A stretch of 63,999 nt of DNA, the filler included, from a bacterium (GTDB taxonomy: Bacteria; JALSQH01): assembly GCA_027004335.1 (NCBI GenBank). It is 16 parts of 16 records of this genome, joined end to end, with 100 filler letters (N's around TTAATTAATTAA, not from the genome) between each part and the next. Parts side by side here need not be neighbours in the genome. Positions count along the whole stretch, not along the records: positions 61,904 to 63,999 come from JALTID010000236.1; 15 more parts are not named here. One strand, written 5' to 3'. Position numbers and translations under genes: made by a program. The notes beneath the pieces are model-generated. The model was not told where the DNA came from. It saw only the letters and a program-made list of their open reading frames with translations, and did no database searches. Below, piece after piece: positions 63,525 to 63,999 of the stretch. Position 1 is the stretch's first letter, and every line of letters starts with the position of its first letter.

Positions 63525-63999
63525 ATGGAAAGAAGATATTTTGCTGCGGTTTTATTTATCTCAATCGCTTTACTTGCTGCAGAGATGGGAAGTATTCGTT
63601 ATATGAGTGTTGTCAATTATTCCAACTTTGCAGCAATGATTATAAGCGTGGCTCTTCTGGGCTTTGGAGTTTCCGGGGTACTGATTACCATTTATAAAAA
63701 CAAGATTGAAAGAGAATTAGAAAATTGGCTTTTTCTGTCTACATCTCTTTTTATCTTGTTTTCGGGGTATGTGTTTATTTTGTCAAAACAGGTTCCCTTT
63801 GTTCCCCAGAGCATTTATCAGGATTCAAGACAAATTCTTTATCTTGGTTTCTACTACATTATATTTTTTCTCCCTTTTTTCTTTTTTTCATTTTTTATTT
63901 TTTTTTCATTTTTAAAAATTAAGAAGAGAATAAATCTACTTTATTTTTTTAATATGGTTGGCTCAGGGCTTGGAGCTTTTCTTATTGTTTTGTTTATGT
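63525..63999 (+). CDS. polytopic membrane protein, N-terminus of the spermidine-synthase-like membrane family (runs off window)
   Basis: MERRYFAAVLFISIALLAAE..FAAMIISVALLGFGVSG..LYFFNMVGSGLGA. Confidence 0.75.
   Translation, partial: MERRYFAAVLFISIALLAAEMGSIRYMSVVNYSNFAAMIISVALLGFGVSGVLITIYKNKIERELENWLFLSTSLFILFSGYVFILSKQVPFVPQSIYQDSRQILYLGFYYIIFFLPFFFFSFFIFFSFLKIKKRINLLYFFNMVGSGLGAFLIVLFM

Overview
This window is not contiguous DNA. It is 16 short contigs (mostly ~2.7-3.0 kb, three of ~8.6-8.7 kb) of a fragmented draft genome (MAG- or SAG-like), joined by 15 artificial 100-nt linkers (44 N + TTAATTAATTAA + 44 N), so gene neighbourhoods only mean something inside a contig. The organism is an AT-rich diderm bacterium with markers typical of the former Deltaproteobacteria (Myxococcota/Desulfobacterota-like): an MglA GTPase, an AgmX/PglI C-terminal-domain lipoprotein, two MYXO-CTERM-like sorted proteins and sigma-54. 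Most content is housekeeping: rib operon, purMN, gap/pgk, ligA, proS, glmS, glpK, lon-yebC-ruvCA, pgpA-cinA-thpR and tRNA-Pro(CGG). There is also lipid catabolism (four acyl-CoA dehydrogenases, a TPP enzyme next to an SCP2 protein). The most interesting items are: (1) a translationally coupled nucleotidyltransferase / HPr-kinase-like / PqqD(RRE) / radical SAM-SPASM cassette, RiPP-like, whose precursor is lost at a chimeric contig end; (2) a lipoprotein fusion of protein-L-isoaspartate methyltransferase with LysM and an L,D-transpeptidase, whose LysM-LDT module is bracketed by a ~180-bp direct repeat; (3) a divergent rpoN facing a large lipoprotein gene with a sigma-54-like promoter carrying a -12 GT variant; (4) a TrpC-like apparent pseudoenzyme; and (5) several apparently leaderless genes. 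All calls come from manual motif recognition; no searches were run.
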